Positions 14,001 to 30,649 of a DNA stretch of 55,920 nt are shown one piece after another. Position numbers and translations under genes: made by a program. The stretch covers positions 1-55,920 of the forward strand of contig SNRW01000004.1 of the NCBI GenBank assembly GCA_008636045.1, read 5' to 3'. The stretch comes from Streblomastix strix. Taxonomy: Eukaryota. Each line of letters opens with the position of its first letter. Position 1 is the stretch's first letter. Under the pieces are notes generated by a model that worked only from the letters and a program-made list of their open reading frames with translations, ran no database searches and was not told the origin of the DNA.

Positions 14001-14571
14001 CTACTTCACTCACCACTGTTCAATCCATTATCCTTAAATAATATATCGTTGTTAAAAGAATCTTCACATCTAAATTAGACTAAACACCAGGAAGAGTTCA
14101 AACTCAATTCAATAGTTCCAGATTCCAAGTTGTGCTAAAGGAATCGAACGTAATAATAAAGTATATACCAACATTATTCGAATATGTAGGCTTAGCAGTG
14201 CGTCGGGATTTCCAATGCTTTGACACTGTATTAACAGCTAGATAACATATTGTCAAGTTAATGTGTTGGGAGATAAACTCCTATGACCCTGACAAATGCG
14301 GAGAAGGAGACGTAGTGCGTCAGGATTGTAACTCCTTAGATCTTTCCATGCAACATGCAATCACAACAGTGCGTTGGGGAGATTCTCCCTTAGATCCTAT
14401 TAAATAATTGAAAGGATACGATGAAGTTGAACAATAATAATGTAGTGGATCACACAAAGAACAGATGCAAAAATAGAATAATTCATTAAAGAATCAATGT
14501 ATCCTCCATAGATAAACTTATATATCATCGATTTATGTTATCTCAACCTTCAAATACCTTTAGTTGATACA

Positions 14572-16640
14572 ATGAGACTAGTTTCGGCTTCTCCAATAGG
14601 TATCACAATTCCTAATATTCGTAATCAACCAGATTTCACCCAATAACTATTCACAGATCATCAATATCAATCTTCAGAACTCCCAACAGATATAATATCC
14701 CAACTTTGTCATGCCAATTCTACTCAGATCAATTGGCCAAATGGTGAAATACTGATTCATTTTTTAGATATATGGAAACTTATCAAAGCAGAGATACTGA
14801 TAACAAGAGGTATTAAAGCATACTGGATCAGTAAACAAGCACCACAAGTACTGGAATTGAATATAATAATCATAAACTAGAGGAGATCTAAAGAAAGCGA
14901 AGTGGCTCTTGGATTACTGATACGGAAAGAACTGCAAGAGGAGATTGTGGAGGGGGTATCATTCAATCAACTGAGATGGATTAATCCCTGCTTTGCCATT
15001 TCAAAGAAGGATAAAGGAAAATGGAGGATGATAACGGATAGTTCCTTGCTTAATTAACATCTCCTTTCATCATACTTTATAGTGGAGGACATATAGAGCC
15101 TTTGACAACTTCTAAAACCTAAAGATTTCATGATGAAGATCGATCTGGAGTCCGTCTTTCATCATATTCAAGTTGATAAAAATTTCAGACCCTTCTTCGG
15201 ATTCACCTTCAACAATAGGTTTTAGCAAAATAGAGCTGTGCGCTTCGGGATCAAACATGCCCCACTTATTTTGCGTAAGACTATTCGTCCAGTTACTAAA
15301 TTCATCAGAGAAGCTCTCCAAGTTAGAATAATCGCATATTGCGACGACATCATCATTTTACACCAAAATCAAGAAGTACTGAACATCAAGAAATAGTTCA
15401 TCATCAACAACCTAACGAACTTTGAATTAAAAATATCAATAGATAAGTCTGTACTGACCCCAATGATGTAGATAGAGTTTCTTGGCTACAAAATAGATTC
15501 AAATCAAGATAAGATATCAATGATGCAGAGTAGATGGAAGAAAAATAATTTGATGCTGGGAAGATGGAGAAGGATTGTAATTAAATAATAGATAGTCAAA
15601 GTCAAATTTTTAGCAAGTTTCATTGGGTCTTTGAACTTCATGAGGCCCTATTTAATCGAGGAGGTATTCGTCTCAAAAAATTGAACAAGATTAAGTCAAG
15701 AGCGACACTTCAAAAAGGCTGAAATGCTCTTATCTTCCTGAACAAATTAGTCCTTAAAGAGATATTCAGATGGATGGCAGTGATAACAAATAACCATCCA
15801 ATTCAGGCAACAATTATACAACCTCAAGCGATCCTAGCGACAGATGCGAATCAGACCCACTGGAGTGCAACGCTGAAGCTGTTCAATCCAAAACAAGAAG
15901 TATGGTTTTGGGGCAAATGGAGTCAAAACTGGCACTTAACAAGCAGAAATCAGAGAGAAGCTGCAGCTATTCATTGCTCGCTTCGCTAATCAGAAATCTT
16001 CTTGAATGAAAGGTAAATCAAATCACTCAAAATAGAGACAGACAATTCATCAGCTGCATTCAACATCAATCCAATATCAGCCGCAGTGGATCTAGCAAAG
16101 TTGGTGGAAAGAACTCTGGAAATTGCTAAAAACTTCAACCTGCACTTCATTAGTTCCACATTCCAGAAGAAACAAACAAGATTCCGGACTCATTGTCTAG
16201 ATTAACAACATCCGGAGACTATTCACTACACTAAGAAGTCTTCGAGGAATCCATGCGATCTCTAAAGATACGTCCATCAATAGAAATGTTCGCAAACAGA
16301 CAGAATAGGAAGCTTAAATGATTCTTATGCATCAAAGCGGACAAATTGGCAGTGGGACAAGATTATATGTCACTCCCATGAAAGGGAGAACTACCATACC
16401 TCCATCCACTGATTCCACTGATCCAAGCAACTCTCAACAAAGTATGAGAAGACAACGTTCAAGCAATGATTGTAGTACCAAACTGGCCATCCCAACTTTG
16501 GTGGCTGAGTCTGACTAAGTTTGCATCAAAATATTTCAACCTGTGAAAAAGAGTTGACGTACAGAAGACGGGCGGTCGAATGAAGAAAGCAAAAAAGCAT
16601 CTTCCTCCAGGAGAAATACTCGCAGTTAGACTAGAGGCAA
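14572..16640 (+). pseudogene. DIRS reverse transcriptase / RNase H / N6-adenine methyltransferase-like ORF
   Basis: RT: WINPCFAISKKDKGKWRMITD, KIDLESVFHHI, FGIKHAPLI, IIAYCDDIIIL (YCDD at 15337-15348). RNase H: LATDAN, NQRE, IETDNS, NKIPDSLSR. MT: IEMFANRQNRKL, LPYLHPLIPLI, IVVPNWPSQLWW. Contains stops and frameshifts. Confidence 0.9.
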
Positions 16641-17601
16641 TAGAGGCGAGGAGCTCTTCAAATGGATCTTGTCAAAGAGGTAGCTCTCTGAGAGTGCCAC
16701 TTAATAAGTCATTGATGTATGGCATAGCATCTGGAGTAGATATCGATAAAGAATAGGATAATTTGAGGAGTTCTGGACCAAATCTGGGAAATCATGGGAA
16801 GTTCTAACTACAATGAAGGACCCTGAAACTGTGATATCGAATTTCATTGCATAATAAGTCTCTGCAAATGCTACCAACGCGAATTCTTATGCATGTAGAA
16901 CAGCAGTTGGCATGCTATTCAGAATTCAAGGTTTTTAAGAAGATAAGATAAATGGATTTGCACTCAAATAAATAATGAAGAAACCAACTGCCGCAGCAAG
17001 GAAAAAGACAAGGGAAGAACCAAAATATAAGTTGAATGTCTTGTTGAAGTACATTCAGGGCAAAGCCTAGGACAAATAGAAACTGAATGAGTAGGAAAAT
17101 CTTGGATGCACAATATCTTCAATTATGGCTTTTTCTATCTTTCGCTTAGCAGAAATTCATAGAGCCTCAGTAGTTCATTTAGATAGCAATGTTTCTATGC
17201 TAAATACGTCAATTTAGAAGGGAAATCATTATGATCTCACGGTCACCTTCGGACCATTATCCAATTCTAAAGTATGTCCAACTGAATGGCTTTAAAGCTG
17301 GTTCGCGTTGAGAAAAAAAGACGAACTAGACAAACTTCTTTGGTGGAGAGCGAAAAATATGAAAACGTCATCATACGAATACTTATCAAAATCTGTACAT
17401 TTAGTCATGAGCGCAGCTGGAGTTCATAAAGGAAACTCAGTTACTTCAATCAGAAAGTCTTCAATCACTAAAAGTCTCAATCAAGGAGCAAAAATCCTAG
17501 AGATCAACAGGGCATCTAGACATAAAGATGGACCTAGCACTGTTGCTGCTCATTATGATATGAATTTAAATGAAACCATAAAAGAGACTCACGAACTTTG
17601 A
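16640..17601 (+). pseudogene. DIRS tyrosine recombinase
   Basis: FSIFRLAEIHR, KVCPTEWL, SIRKSSITK, RASRHKDGPSTVAAHYD supply the catalytic R...R...H...Y. Confidence 0.85.
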
Positions 17602-18271
17602 ATGATATAGCAGTCTCACAATAAAAAGATAGTCCAGATTAAGTCGATGCTAGATAATTTCGTAATGAAATGGATAGGTTAGCGAAGCTTTCCACCTATC
17701 TGGAATAATACTTTTTTCTCTCCGTTGAACTTCATTCTCCTCCAATATGTATCTATATGCAGAAGAGTTCAGTCCATTCCCTCCCTAAGAGCATTTTTAA
17801 TTTATTGAATTTTAGTTTATTTTGTTTATTTGGTTTACTTTATTTAGCATTTGACAAAGAGGGCGCCATACTTTTACTTGTTATATTTTATTATATTTTA
17901 TTATATTTCTCCATTATTTAACTCATCTATAGTCGCTCAACAACAATTTTAAATTTTAAATACTAAATTTCAATCTAATACTATCTTTTAATAAGTCTAC
18001 TTTAAATGTCTTAACTTGATAAAAATGTTACTAACAATTTTTGTTTATCACTTTTAAAGTTAAATTTTAAATTGTTCAAAATTTAATCCAATGTTAAACA
18101 TTTCGTGAATATTTTGAGTTTCGTTGACTGGACCCATTGCCTTAGGTTACAGTCTCTCAATAAAAAGGCAGTGTTCCAGATATGTGGATAGCTACGATTT
18201 TCTAAAATTAAAATATAGGATGCAGGAATTTATTATAGTGTAGTTAGATCAAAAAGAGATTTCTGTTGTTC

Positions 18272-18879
18272 TTTTTTAAATAATCCTTAACTTATTTACC
18301 TCCAATCGTTGATTCACCATCATATATAATGTTACTTACGAGTTAATTTGATTTTAATTATTTAATACACTTTAATAGTTCATTTGTTGACATATCTTTA
18401 ATTGGAAATATTATTAAGTATTTAGTTATATTATTAATACAAAATAGATATTATTGAATTACTTTATTAATTGTTGGATGTATTATAAATATAATTTCAA
18501 TTTCCCAGCTCCATAATTCAGGTAATAAGTTTGGAAATTAATACTTCTTTAATGGTTTCAATTTAATGTCTTAAACCATATCGGTTTTATCTTTAACCTT
18601 ACTCCTAAATGGATTCTTAATTCTCTATGGATCATATTAAACCTTCGTTTTTTGTGGTTCAACATTGTGCTTTATTCGTTCAGCATGATACTTTTAAAAA
18701 TTATCAAGATAAATCCTATACCATTAAGAAATAGATTTATCTTCGAATTACTCCTCAAAATTATTGATGTTGAATTACTTTTTAAAAACAAAATTCATAT
18801 TCTTAATGAAATCCATTAATTTAACTTTATCAACTTTGAACGTTTTATCATCTATAAATTTAGCATTTTATTTTTACAT
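18272..18879 (-). pseudogene. Retroviral-type integrase, 5' fragment of the second Polinton copy
   Basis: MQKQNAKFIDDKTFKVDKVKLMDF...LPELWSWEIEIIFIIHPTINKVIQQYLFCIN...QVKDYLKKN, homologous to 30970-31590. Confidence 0.85.
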
Positions 18880-19084
18880 TTATTTTTTACCAGCAAAAGC
18901 TGGCGGTATAAATGTTATAAATCATTCATATATGCAAACAGATATTTCATCGAGCCATAATGCTTAATTATTCGAAAAACGTAAATTTATATTGAGTATA
19001 TTCACTATTTCTTTGAATTATTACTCACATACATTTTTTATAAAATATTAACCCGAAATCAAACCAGACAAACAACCTTACATG

Positions 19085-19465
19085 CTGCACCACATAATTT
19101 ATTAAAAACACCAATTTTTTTCTGTAGACGCTTTATATTTTTGATTCATAAATTATGAACATGCGCATGAATTATTAGCATGGTATAACTTCCTCACACT
19201 AATCCTGTGTGCTGTTTCGGAGAATTAATCATAAAAATTAACACAGTGAGATAAATTATACACATTTTCATGCTTCACATCAGTGTGGTGGATTAATGCA
19301 TTCCTTATACGTTTATTCAATAGTTTTGTTGGGGAAGATGATGCCGTAGGTTTAAAATCATACTTGTTTATGTTAATTTGCTACACCAAATCAATTAGCG
19401 TGGGTAAATTCATATGTCTAAATATGATTTTGAACTTACGGCAAACTTCTACTTTAGATACTACT
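19085..19465 (-). repeat. Terminal repeat (left end) of the second Polinton copy; terminus reads 5'-AGTAGT on the minus strand
   Basis: Homologous to 49481-49819 over both the inner (ATTTATTAAAAA...GAACATGC) and outer (TTCATGCTTCACAT...TTGTTGGGGAAGATG.TGCCGTAGGTTTAAAATCATA...TTACGGCAAACTTCT...TACTACT) segments. Confidence 0.85.
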
Positions 19466-19839
19466 AACGTTATATCAATAAGGAGTGAAAAGTTAACCCA
19501 AAAAATATTGCCAAAAAATTATCTATTTAAAAATAGAAAAATCTTGCGAAATAAACAAAATCAAGATTAATTACCTAAAAATTAAATGATGTAATAATGA
19601 ATAAATATGAAAAAAAATTAAATGTAATTAAGTATCGGAAAAATATGAAAAAATAATTAAATAAAAAAAAAGAAAATTAATTGATTGAAGTCAATATTAC
19701 CAATTTGATTGATAACCAGTCAAATCACATGTACTAATTATTGAAACATGTCTTACAACACTGTTGATAAAGTTATATAATATACCGAAAAAAGTATTAA
19801 TAATAAATAAATAAAAATAGATAGATAAAGAATTAATGT

Positions 19840-21120
19840 TTCTGACAATAATACCAGACATTTTCTGTCAAATGCCCCTTCCAACCAGCATGCACATTAG
19901 ATATTTATGCAACAAGTCTCGCATATCCTTCTGTATTGATAGCTCCTGTGTGCAATTATAGTAAAAGCAGAAGGCAATACTGTAATGGAGACCATAACAG
20001 AACTACAACAACGTAGGTATGAGCTTCGCCATCTTTAGTTCATTTTATTCAATTATTATCTGTTTCATCTCTGGTGATGCTGCTACATCAAAGGATATGT
20101 TGAGTATTCTTACAAAATTTGAAATAGCTTTATCTATCGTTACAGTACTAGCTGCTGTAATTTCAATCTCTAAATTCTCACCTGGACACTTCGGATGCTT
20201 TAATTCTTTTATTGTGTTGCTCCGTTTATTCCATTTACATTTCACTCCATTATGTCCAAAAGGTTTTAATTCGAAATTATTATAAAAATATTTAAATGAA
20301 ATTATAGCATATTTAACATTAATTATAAAAAAAATTATTTTTATTTGATATTCAATTATTTCTTAATTTTCACTGTCATTCATTTCAATTTCAGAATGAT
20401 ACACCAGATAAATGGTTAATAAATATTTATTATGATTATATTTATAAAATTCTTGCTTATTAATTTCAACGATTCAGAGAAATTCACTGATCAAACTTTC
20501 AAGCCAAATATCTTGGAACGCGTTAATAAATTCAGCTTAATTATACTTATTTTACTTGCTTGCTTAAGTATACATGAAGTTATGAGAAAATTTACCTCTA
20601 ATACAAGTGATAACAACTTTTCTGCAATTATCAAAAATACATCTGACAAATTGTTCGTTTCTCCTCGCTGTGCATAATAGATTGCTTTGAGACGTACAAT
20701 ATTTTGCATAGTATATACTCTTAATATATTTTAAGTTGATAAATTTTCATCGTATTTCAATGTACGTGTTGAACAATCGCAGAAATATTTAAAACAAGAA
20801 ATTAAAACAAATTAAATCTTGGTTGCATTCCATTCTAACATTTAAATGACCGATATTGAAAATTATATGAATATTTTTGAATATGAATAATCTTACAATG
20901 CAAATACATTGGATAAATCGTCTAGGATTCTAAATAACTTGCGCAAATTCTTAAGGCTGACTCAACTTAGTTCTTTGCTTCATTTTTATTTAAATATACT
21001 GTTCAGCACGCCCAGGCCAATAACATGTGAGTATAATCAACCACTCATTTATTGTTCTCTTTTCATGATTCTTGTTCTCCTCTAATCGTTTTGGAAGACG
21101 TGTTTTATCCATCTTCTTTC
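19840..21120 (-). pseudogene. Degenerate ORF fragments, possibly a hAT-like transposase remnant
   Basis: Protein-like stretches (DKAISNFVRILNISFDVAASPEMKQII; LDDLSNVFAL...RSFKCQNGMQ) broken by frameshifts. The family resemblance is weak. Confidence 0.25.
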
Positions 21121-21187
21121 AATCAACAGAAAATCATCAATTTTTCATAATTATTAGAAGAATAGAAATAATAATCATTTTATTCTT

Positions 21188-22706
21188 CATATTCTATTGA
21201 TACTCATACTATCACATAATTTCTATGATGTTTCTGGAGATGAATTCTATGTTGGTACAACTGGAATTGATAATATTTCATGTTCTTTATCAGAACCTTG
21301 TAAAACTTTGGAGTCAACAACTTTGAGAGGAACTGTTAATTCTGCAACAGATCAATTAGAAGTTATAATTTAAGAAGAGGATATAGATGAATCTGAAATC
21401 GATGATCCAGAAAAAGAAGATGATTAAGAAAATGATGATAAAGTATAATAAGCAGAAAATAATGAAAAAGGAAAAGGATTACCAGTTGGTGCTATTATTG
21501 GCATTGTTTTTGGAATATTGGCTTTTATAGCTTTGATTGTTATAATAATAATAATAATTATTGTTGTTCTTGTAACAAAGAAGGTTATCACATATTTTTA
21601 AATATTTCTTCGATTATTACATTTATATATTTTTTTTATTTTATAACAATATGAAATTTTATTAAATTTTTTCAAACTTTATTTTATATATTATATTATA
21701 TTCTTAGAAAAAAGAGAAAGAGTACAAATAACAAAATAATGAACCGCAAATTTCAGACTTTAGTATAATCGTAAATCCTTCTTAAATATCAGTAAATAAT
21801 AATCAGATTTAATAAAATCAACCGTTAAACAAAGCCAACTCATAAATCAATTCATATGATATTATCAACTCAAGAAATAAGATATCTAATAAACCCATCT
21901 CAAGAATTCAATCATATTATATTCCCAACTCAAGAAATAAGATGTCTAATAATTTAGTTAAATAATAGTCAATGTCATATACCAAACTTCCTAAATTAAT
22001 TCAATAAAAACCTCTTGATAGAATTCCTCTATCATATAAACAAATACCATAAACTAGTACTCCTCCATTAAATTAATAACAATCTCAAGTTATAATTCCT
22101 CCATTAAATCTATAAAAATCTCTTGATAGAATTCCTCTATCATATAAATAAATACCATAAACTAGTACTCCTCCAATAAATTAATAATCTCAAGTTAGAA
22201 CTCCGCCATTAAATCTATAAAAATCACTTGAAAGAATTCCTCCATTAAATCAATAATAATAATCTCAAGTTATAATTCCTCCATTAAATCTATAAAAATC
22301 TCTTGATAGATTTCCTCTATCATATAAACAAATACCATAAACTAGTACTCCTCCATTAAATTAATAACAATCTCAAGTTATATTTCCTCCATTAAATCTA
22401 TAAAAATCTCTTGATAGAATTCCTCCATTAAATCAATAAAAATCTCTTGATAAACTTAAACCATTAAATAAACAAATACCATAAACTAGTACTCCTCCAT
22501 TAAATTAATAATCTCAAGTTAGAACTCCTCCATTAAATCAATCAAAATCTCTTGAAAGAATTCCTCCATTAAATCAATAAAAATCTCTTGATAAACTTAA
22601 ACCATTAAATAAACAAATACCATAACTTAAAAATCCTACATTAAAAAATGATTAGTTATACAGTTATCCTGATATTAATAAAAGAATAATAAACGAAAAG
22701 AAATGA
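21188..22706 (+). CDS. Type-I membrane protein with short ectodomain, one TM helix and Pro/Gln-rich repetitive cytoplasmic tail; intron 21584-21707; start codon not identified
   Basis: Signal-like IISFILHILLILILS, then FYVGTTGIDNISCSLSEPCKTL, an acidic stalk and GLPVGAIIGIVFGILAFIALIVIIIIIIIVVLVTKK. After the GT..AG intron the frame is open (TAA=Gln) to TGA at 22704-22706. Confidence 0.7.
22005..22625 (+). repeat. Coding minisatellite of ~36-39 bp modules (PPLNQQQSQV / PPLNLQKSLDRI / YKQIPQTST)
   Basis: CCTCCATTAAAT, AAAATCTCTTGATAGAATT and CAAATACCATAAACTAGTACT blocks recur in frame. Confidence 0.9.
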
Positions 22707-22991
22707 AAATAATTAATTGACAGATAAAGTAATAAGAAATATCTATTATGATTAAAGAAATGTTTATTACAACTCAAATTTGTTAGTGTGAAACATAGCA
22801 ATTCATTTAATTTAATATTTAATTTAATATCAATAAAAATTCATAAAGAAATATTAATAAACCAATGTTTGAATCGTTTTATATTATTCATTTAATATTA
22901 TTTAAAGTTTATTTTGAAGTACAAAAAGGAAAAACAAGAAATTTAAACAAAATATACTATAATTACTAAATATTTAATCAATTCCAATCTT

Positions 22992-26426
<3,435 letters not shown>

Positions 26427-26629
26427 TACAATTTCTGTTTTAATAATGAATATATGATGAATAAGTGCTGAACGTAAATATTTTGTCCAATCGTTCTAGC
26501 ACTACTATCTGTCTAATATGAGTATTAATCTTGATTTAAAATTCATTTATATTAAAAACTAAATACAAAATTCGTAAATAATGATGTATTTACAGAAAAA
26601 TTCAATCCAGTATTAAATCCTGTATCAAT

Positions 26630-28850
26630 AATGCCTAGGAGATCTTGATTTGTCATTAAACCGGTTTAAAATCTAATTTATCAACCAATATGTATGCCTG
26701 CTTGCTATACTGAAACGCTATTTTGGATCTGGGAAAAGAAGAGATTGAAATTCATCTTAGGCACCTTCTTCAATTATTTACTCTTCAACAATCTTCAACA
26801 GATTTAATTTTGCAGAACAAAAATCTTTCTTTCCTTTTCTTAACACAAGAATAAGCATAATAATCTTTAATAAGGCCGAGTTAACAACACCATTATTTTC
26901 TTCTTGACTGCCACCACAGTTGGAACAAGCTGGAATCAATGCACATTTAACATATTATTTTTCTATGTTAATCTTTTTCTATTGTTTATCAGTGGAGAAA
27001 ATTTGTATCCATCCTAAACAGTCCAAACTCCTAATTCTGATCGAGACTGCATTCCATTTGGCCAGAGGCATATTTTAATCAATTCTTGAACCATATAATA
27101 ATAATTATTGTTTATTTTAATTCTAATCCAGCATAAACCTGCTCAAATTAATCAACGATTATACACTTTTATGAATGGATTAAAATTACTACGCTGCTTT
27201 TGGTTCATTTATTAAAAGCACATGAAGAAGATTAAGTATTGCAGAAATTAACTGAGGAGATGAATTAGATTGAGTTTATTTATTGTTTGTTAAATTGATT
27301 TTATTATTAGAGCTATTAAGATTAATTTCACTTATATTTAATTGATTAGATTTTTGTTTGTTTGCAAATTTAATGATTAATGGACAAATGTGGGAGATCG
27401 CATTATGATCATGAATCAACGATTCCTTAATTGTTAGCAAACATTATGAAAGTTGAGACAAAGCCCAAATGGCAGATGTTTGAAGTTCATCTGAAAGTGC
27501 TGATTATCTTAATTCTAATTTAAAATTGCAGTTCAATTTATCTGAGCAATTGATATGAAATAATTGTATTATTTTATTAATCTTTTCTTAATTTGAATTT
27601 AATCTATTTTTGTTTTTATAATTTGCCAAGTTAGTCATCATTTTCAATGCTGAAATCATTTTCAATTATATTTTTCTATTTTCTTTTTATTTCATTTTCT
27701 CATTTTCAATAGTTAATTATTCAGATTATTTTCTTTTACTGAACTTTTCAGTGAATTTTTGCATATTTGAATCAAACGCTTCAACACAAATCTGAAACAA
27801 ATCTTTTTCTATTTTCGTTCCTTTCATAATTAAACACAGATTATTCAATTGTTTCAAAACAGAATCTGAGTATTTCCAACGATCTAACTTCTTGCTTTTA
27901 ATTGAAGAGTGAATATTGGCTTCAATTAAATCTAATAAGCCAGAAACTTTAAAAGGGATAAACAAATGATGATGAGTTGATAATGGTATTTACGAAATAC
28001 CTCCATCAATGATTATTTACAATATATCATACAATCCTCTTTAAATACTTTATTTGCTTTAATTTGATATAATATGTTCTTTCAACCAGAAACAAGAAAA
28101 ATAATCAATTATATTAAAAAGATCTTTCTTAAATAAAACCTAAAGTTTTGTAATAGATTTTAATGTTTCTTCATCCTAATTCCCTTTTTTAATCTAATCC
28201 TTCAAATTAAAAAATATTTCTTTACTTTATTAACTATTTTCCTTGATTAGTTTGTACATTCTTAGGCTTTCAGTAAACTCAATATATTAATTAGATTCCA
28301 ATTTTATGTTTTCTAAATCAAAATGTTCAACAGATTTCTGATTTCCTTTCAAAAATATCTGCAAAGTTGGTTCTACTTTTGTTTGATGTGAATCATTTTG
28401 TTTAATAATTAGTTCTTATTATTTCTCCTTTTATTTTGCTTCAACTTATAATTAATGTTTACCATCAAGTTTTTATTAATCACTTAAAATTATACTTTCT
28501 TTTTGATCATCTTTACTCTTTAATGAATGTATTCTTGATGTCTGGTTATAATAATAGTTAAATTAGTAGAAACAAAAAATATATAAGAAATTTAGTTTAA
28601 TTAAATAATAAAAATCATCAAATAATACCTTTTTTTCACAAGATATTGTTTTAATTGATTCAACTTTGGCAGATTCAATCTGAATTTCTGTATTTTTTCT
28701 TTGTTGATCTTTATTATATGTCTGTTTTACAACTTTAAGTACTTATATACTAGATTGCTTGCTTTATTACTGTTTCAAATTATTTGTTTTACTTTTATCA
28801 GTCAATTATTTTGTCGTTTTTCCTTTTTTAGGTTTACCACCTATAGAAGA
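26630..28850 (-). pseudogene. Hypothetical host protein (Gln/Lys-rich N-terminus, helical C-terminus), probably disrupted
   Basis: Long minus-strand stretches are open with TAA/TAG=Gln (HLFIPFKVSGLLDLIEANIH...; EEQIIEEGAQDEFQSLLF), with an intron near 28550-28630 and some TGAs. Confidence 0.45.
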
Positions 28851-29549
28851 CATATTTTGAAACTTAAAAAAAGATACAGAATATTAATTAAATTTTTAAT
28901 ATAATTAAAGTGATTCTTAGAATTATTTGGTAGATAATAATATAAAAACTTGAGAAATTTAACAATATTGAAATTTACAGCTTTGAATCAACTTATTATT
29001 TAAATGAATAATGAAATTAATATTAATTTATGATGTTTAAATAAATATGATTATAATTAAAGTTAAGTCTATTATAATTTGAATGAAACTTCGTTTTCTT
29101 TCAATTGATTAATTTTCTTTGTTTTCCTGAATTGAAAAATATTTTTTTTATTCTTGTTAAGTTTTTTAATTAAACTGTATTATAGTTTAAAATTTTAACA
29201 TTTGTTTGCATAATAAAGTTATTTATTGAAAAAAATTGCAATTTTTTTTTTCCATTTTTTATTCGAATTTTTTTTTGAATTACCCTCTATTCAGACATAA
29301 ATAGTAAATATTTGCCCCTTTGAAACGATATTATACATGAATTCATGCATTGAAAATTAATAGAAACATTTTTTTAGTATTATAATTTCTTGTTGCTCTT
29401 CTTGAATGATATATTTTTATTTAATATATAATGCATTTTATATCAAATTTAATTTAATTTCTTTTTAAAAATGCGTAAGGAATTTTCTTTAATGCGGTCT
29501 TAGATTTATAAATAAAAGTGTTTATTAAAATTTTAATTTATTTTAGATA

Positions 29550-30130
29550 ATATGCATTTTGCTGAAAGATATACTGTGATATTGGTAGAAAAAATGATGA
29601 ATTGATACAGAAAATGAAGCTGAAAGAAGAAAATAAATTAATCCTAAATCTAAAAATGAGTATGATTTCAGAACAAAAAATTTATTTAGTACCTTTAATT
29701 CCACTAAATTAAAATTTTATGTGCTTAATGAGATAAAGAAGAATTAATGCTGAAGATTAAGTAAATGGAATAAGAGAAAAGTAGTAATGTTAAAAATGTG
29801 AATGAATTGGAACGAGAGAAAACTGATCTTGAAAAAAATCATATAAACCAGAGATGGAGAAAATGTTATATTGAAATAAAAATTGGTTAATCGATAGAAA
29901 AAAATTAGAAATTTAGATAAAAAAATTATATAAAAGAATAATAAATATGAATTGTAAAATCTCAAACTGAATGTAATGAAGAATAAGCAAGAATTGTAAA
30001 ATAAAAAACAGAAAAATATGAAGAATAAGCTAGAATTGCAAAAGAATAAGCTCAATAATCAAACGAAAATATGCAAGAATTGCAAAAAAATATGCTTAAT
30101 AAACTAAATTCAAAAATAATATATATAGAA
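29550..30130 (+). pseudogene. Degenerate coiled-coil ORF (K/N/Q/E-rich)
   Basis: Repeated GAATTG(T/C)AAAA (ELQ-K/N) units with frameshifts. Confidence 0.3.
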
Positions 30131-30443
30131 TTAACCAGAGAACATTAATTTATTCACGCTATTTGTGACCATAATCTCCGTGCCAAATCACAATAACAAC
30201 TCTGCACGATTCAACAATTTAATGTTTAAATGATATGATCAATTTTACACATATGCTTATGACACAAATTTACACATTAAACTTCAAAAATAACAACATC
30301 ATCACTTAATTAAACAATGATCAACACTAATTCCATACACATATATTATTAAAATAACGGTTTGAATTAATATTCAAAAAAAAATTCAAAATTATTAAAA
30401 AATACTTACAAAAATAAAAATGTAATTTTCAAAATTTATACAT

Positions 30444-30586
30444 TTAATTCATATGATTATTCATGTACTATGTTTCGAAGGATTAGTCATAAGTATTGTT
30501 CAGGCGCATGTTCCTAATTTGTAAATAAAAAATATAAAGCACTAACTAATAAGGTTGATCTTTTTAATAAGTCGTGTGTTGGCGCC
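30444..30586 (+). repeat. Left terminal inverted repeat (inner part only)
   Basis: ATTGTTCAGGCGCATGTTCCTAATTTGTAAATAAAAAATATAAAGCA...TCGTGTGTTGGCGCC is the reverse complement of 49481-49572 with about ten mismatches. Weaker match to the 19.2 kb copy extends to ~30444. Confidence 0.9.
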
Positions 30587-30649
30587 ACATTTTTGGTTAG
30601 ATATTTGAAATATATTATTAATAATTATATTAATAATGCAATTTTAGTT

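Larger units (their letters stand above)
12587..18183 (+). mobile_element. DIRS-like tyrosine-recombinase retrotransposon (decayed)
   Basis: ORF1, RT (YCDD), RNase H, adenine-methyltransferase-like domain and YR occur in DIRS order. Inverted terminal repeats: TTTTTATTGCGAGACTGTAATTTAAGGCAATGGGACCAATCAA (12616-12658) vs the reverse complement of 18119-18166. Both ends read TATCTGG. Confidence 0.9.

Noticed and set aside
15112..15400. RT as part of a DGR, retron or group II intron, perhaps diversifying the fibre genes
   Set aside because: The RT is followed by RNase H, MT and a tyrosine recombinase within inverted termini (DIRS). No template/variable repeat pair with adenine-specific differences was seen.
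22005..22625. Possible CRISPR-like repeat/spacer pattern
   Set aside because: Units are in-frame coding modules and the intervening segments are themselves repeated.
29780..29790. AGTAGT as the missing left terminus of the main Polinton
   Set aside because: The following sequence does not match the outer TIR and there is no matching target duplication.
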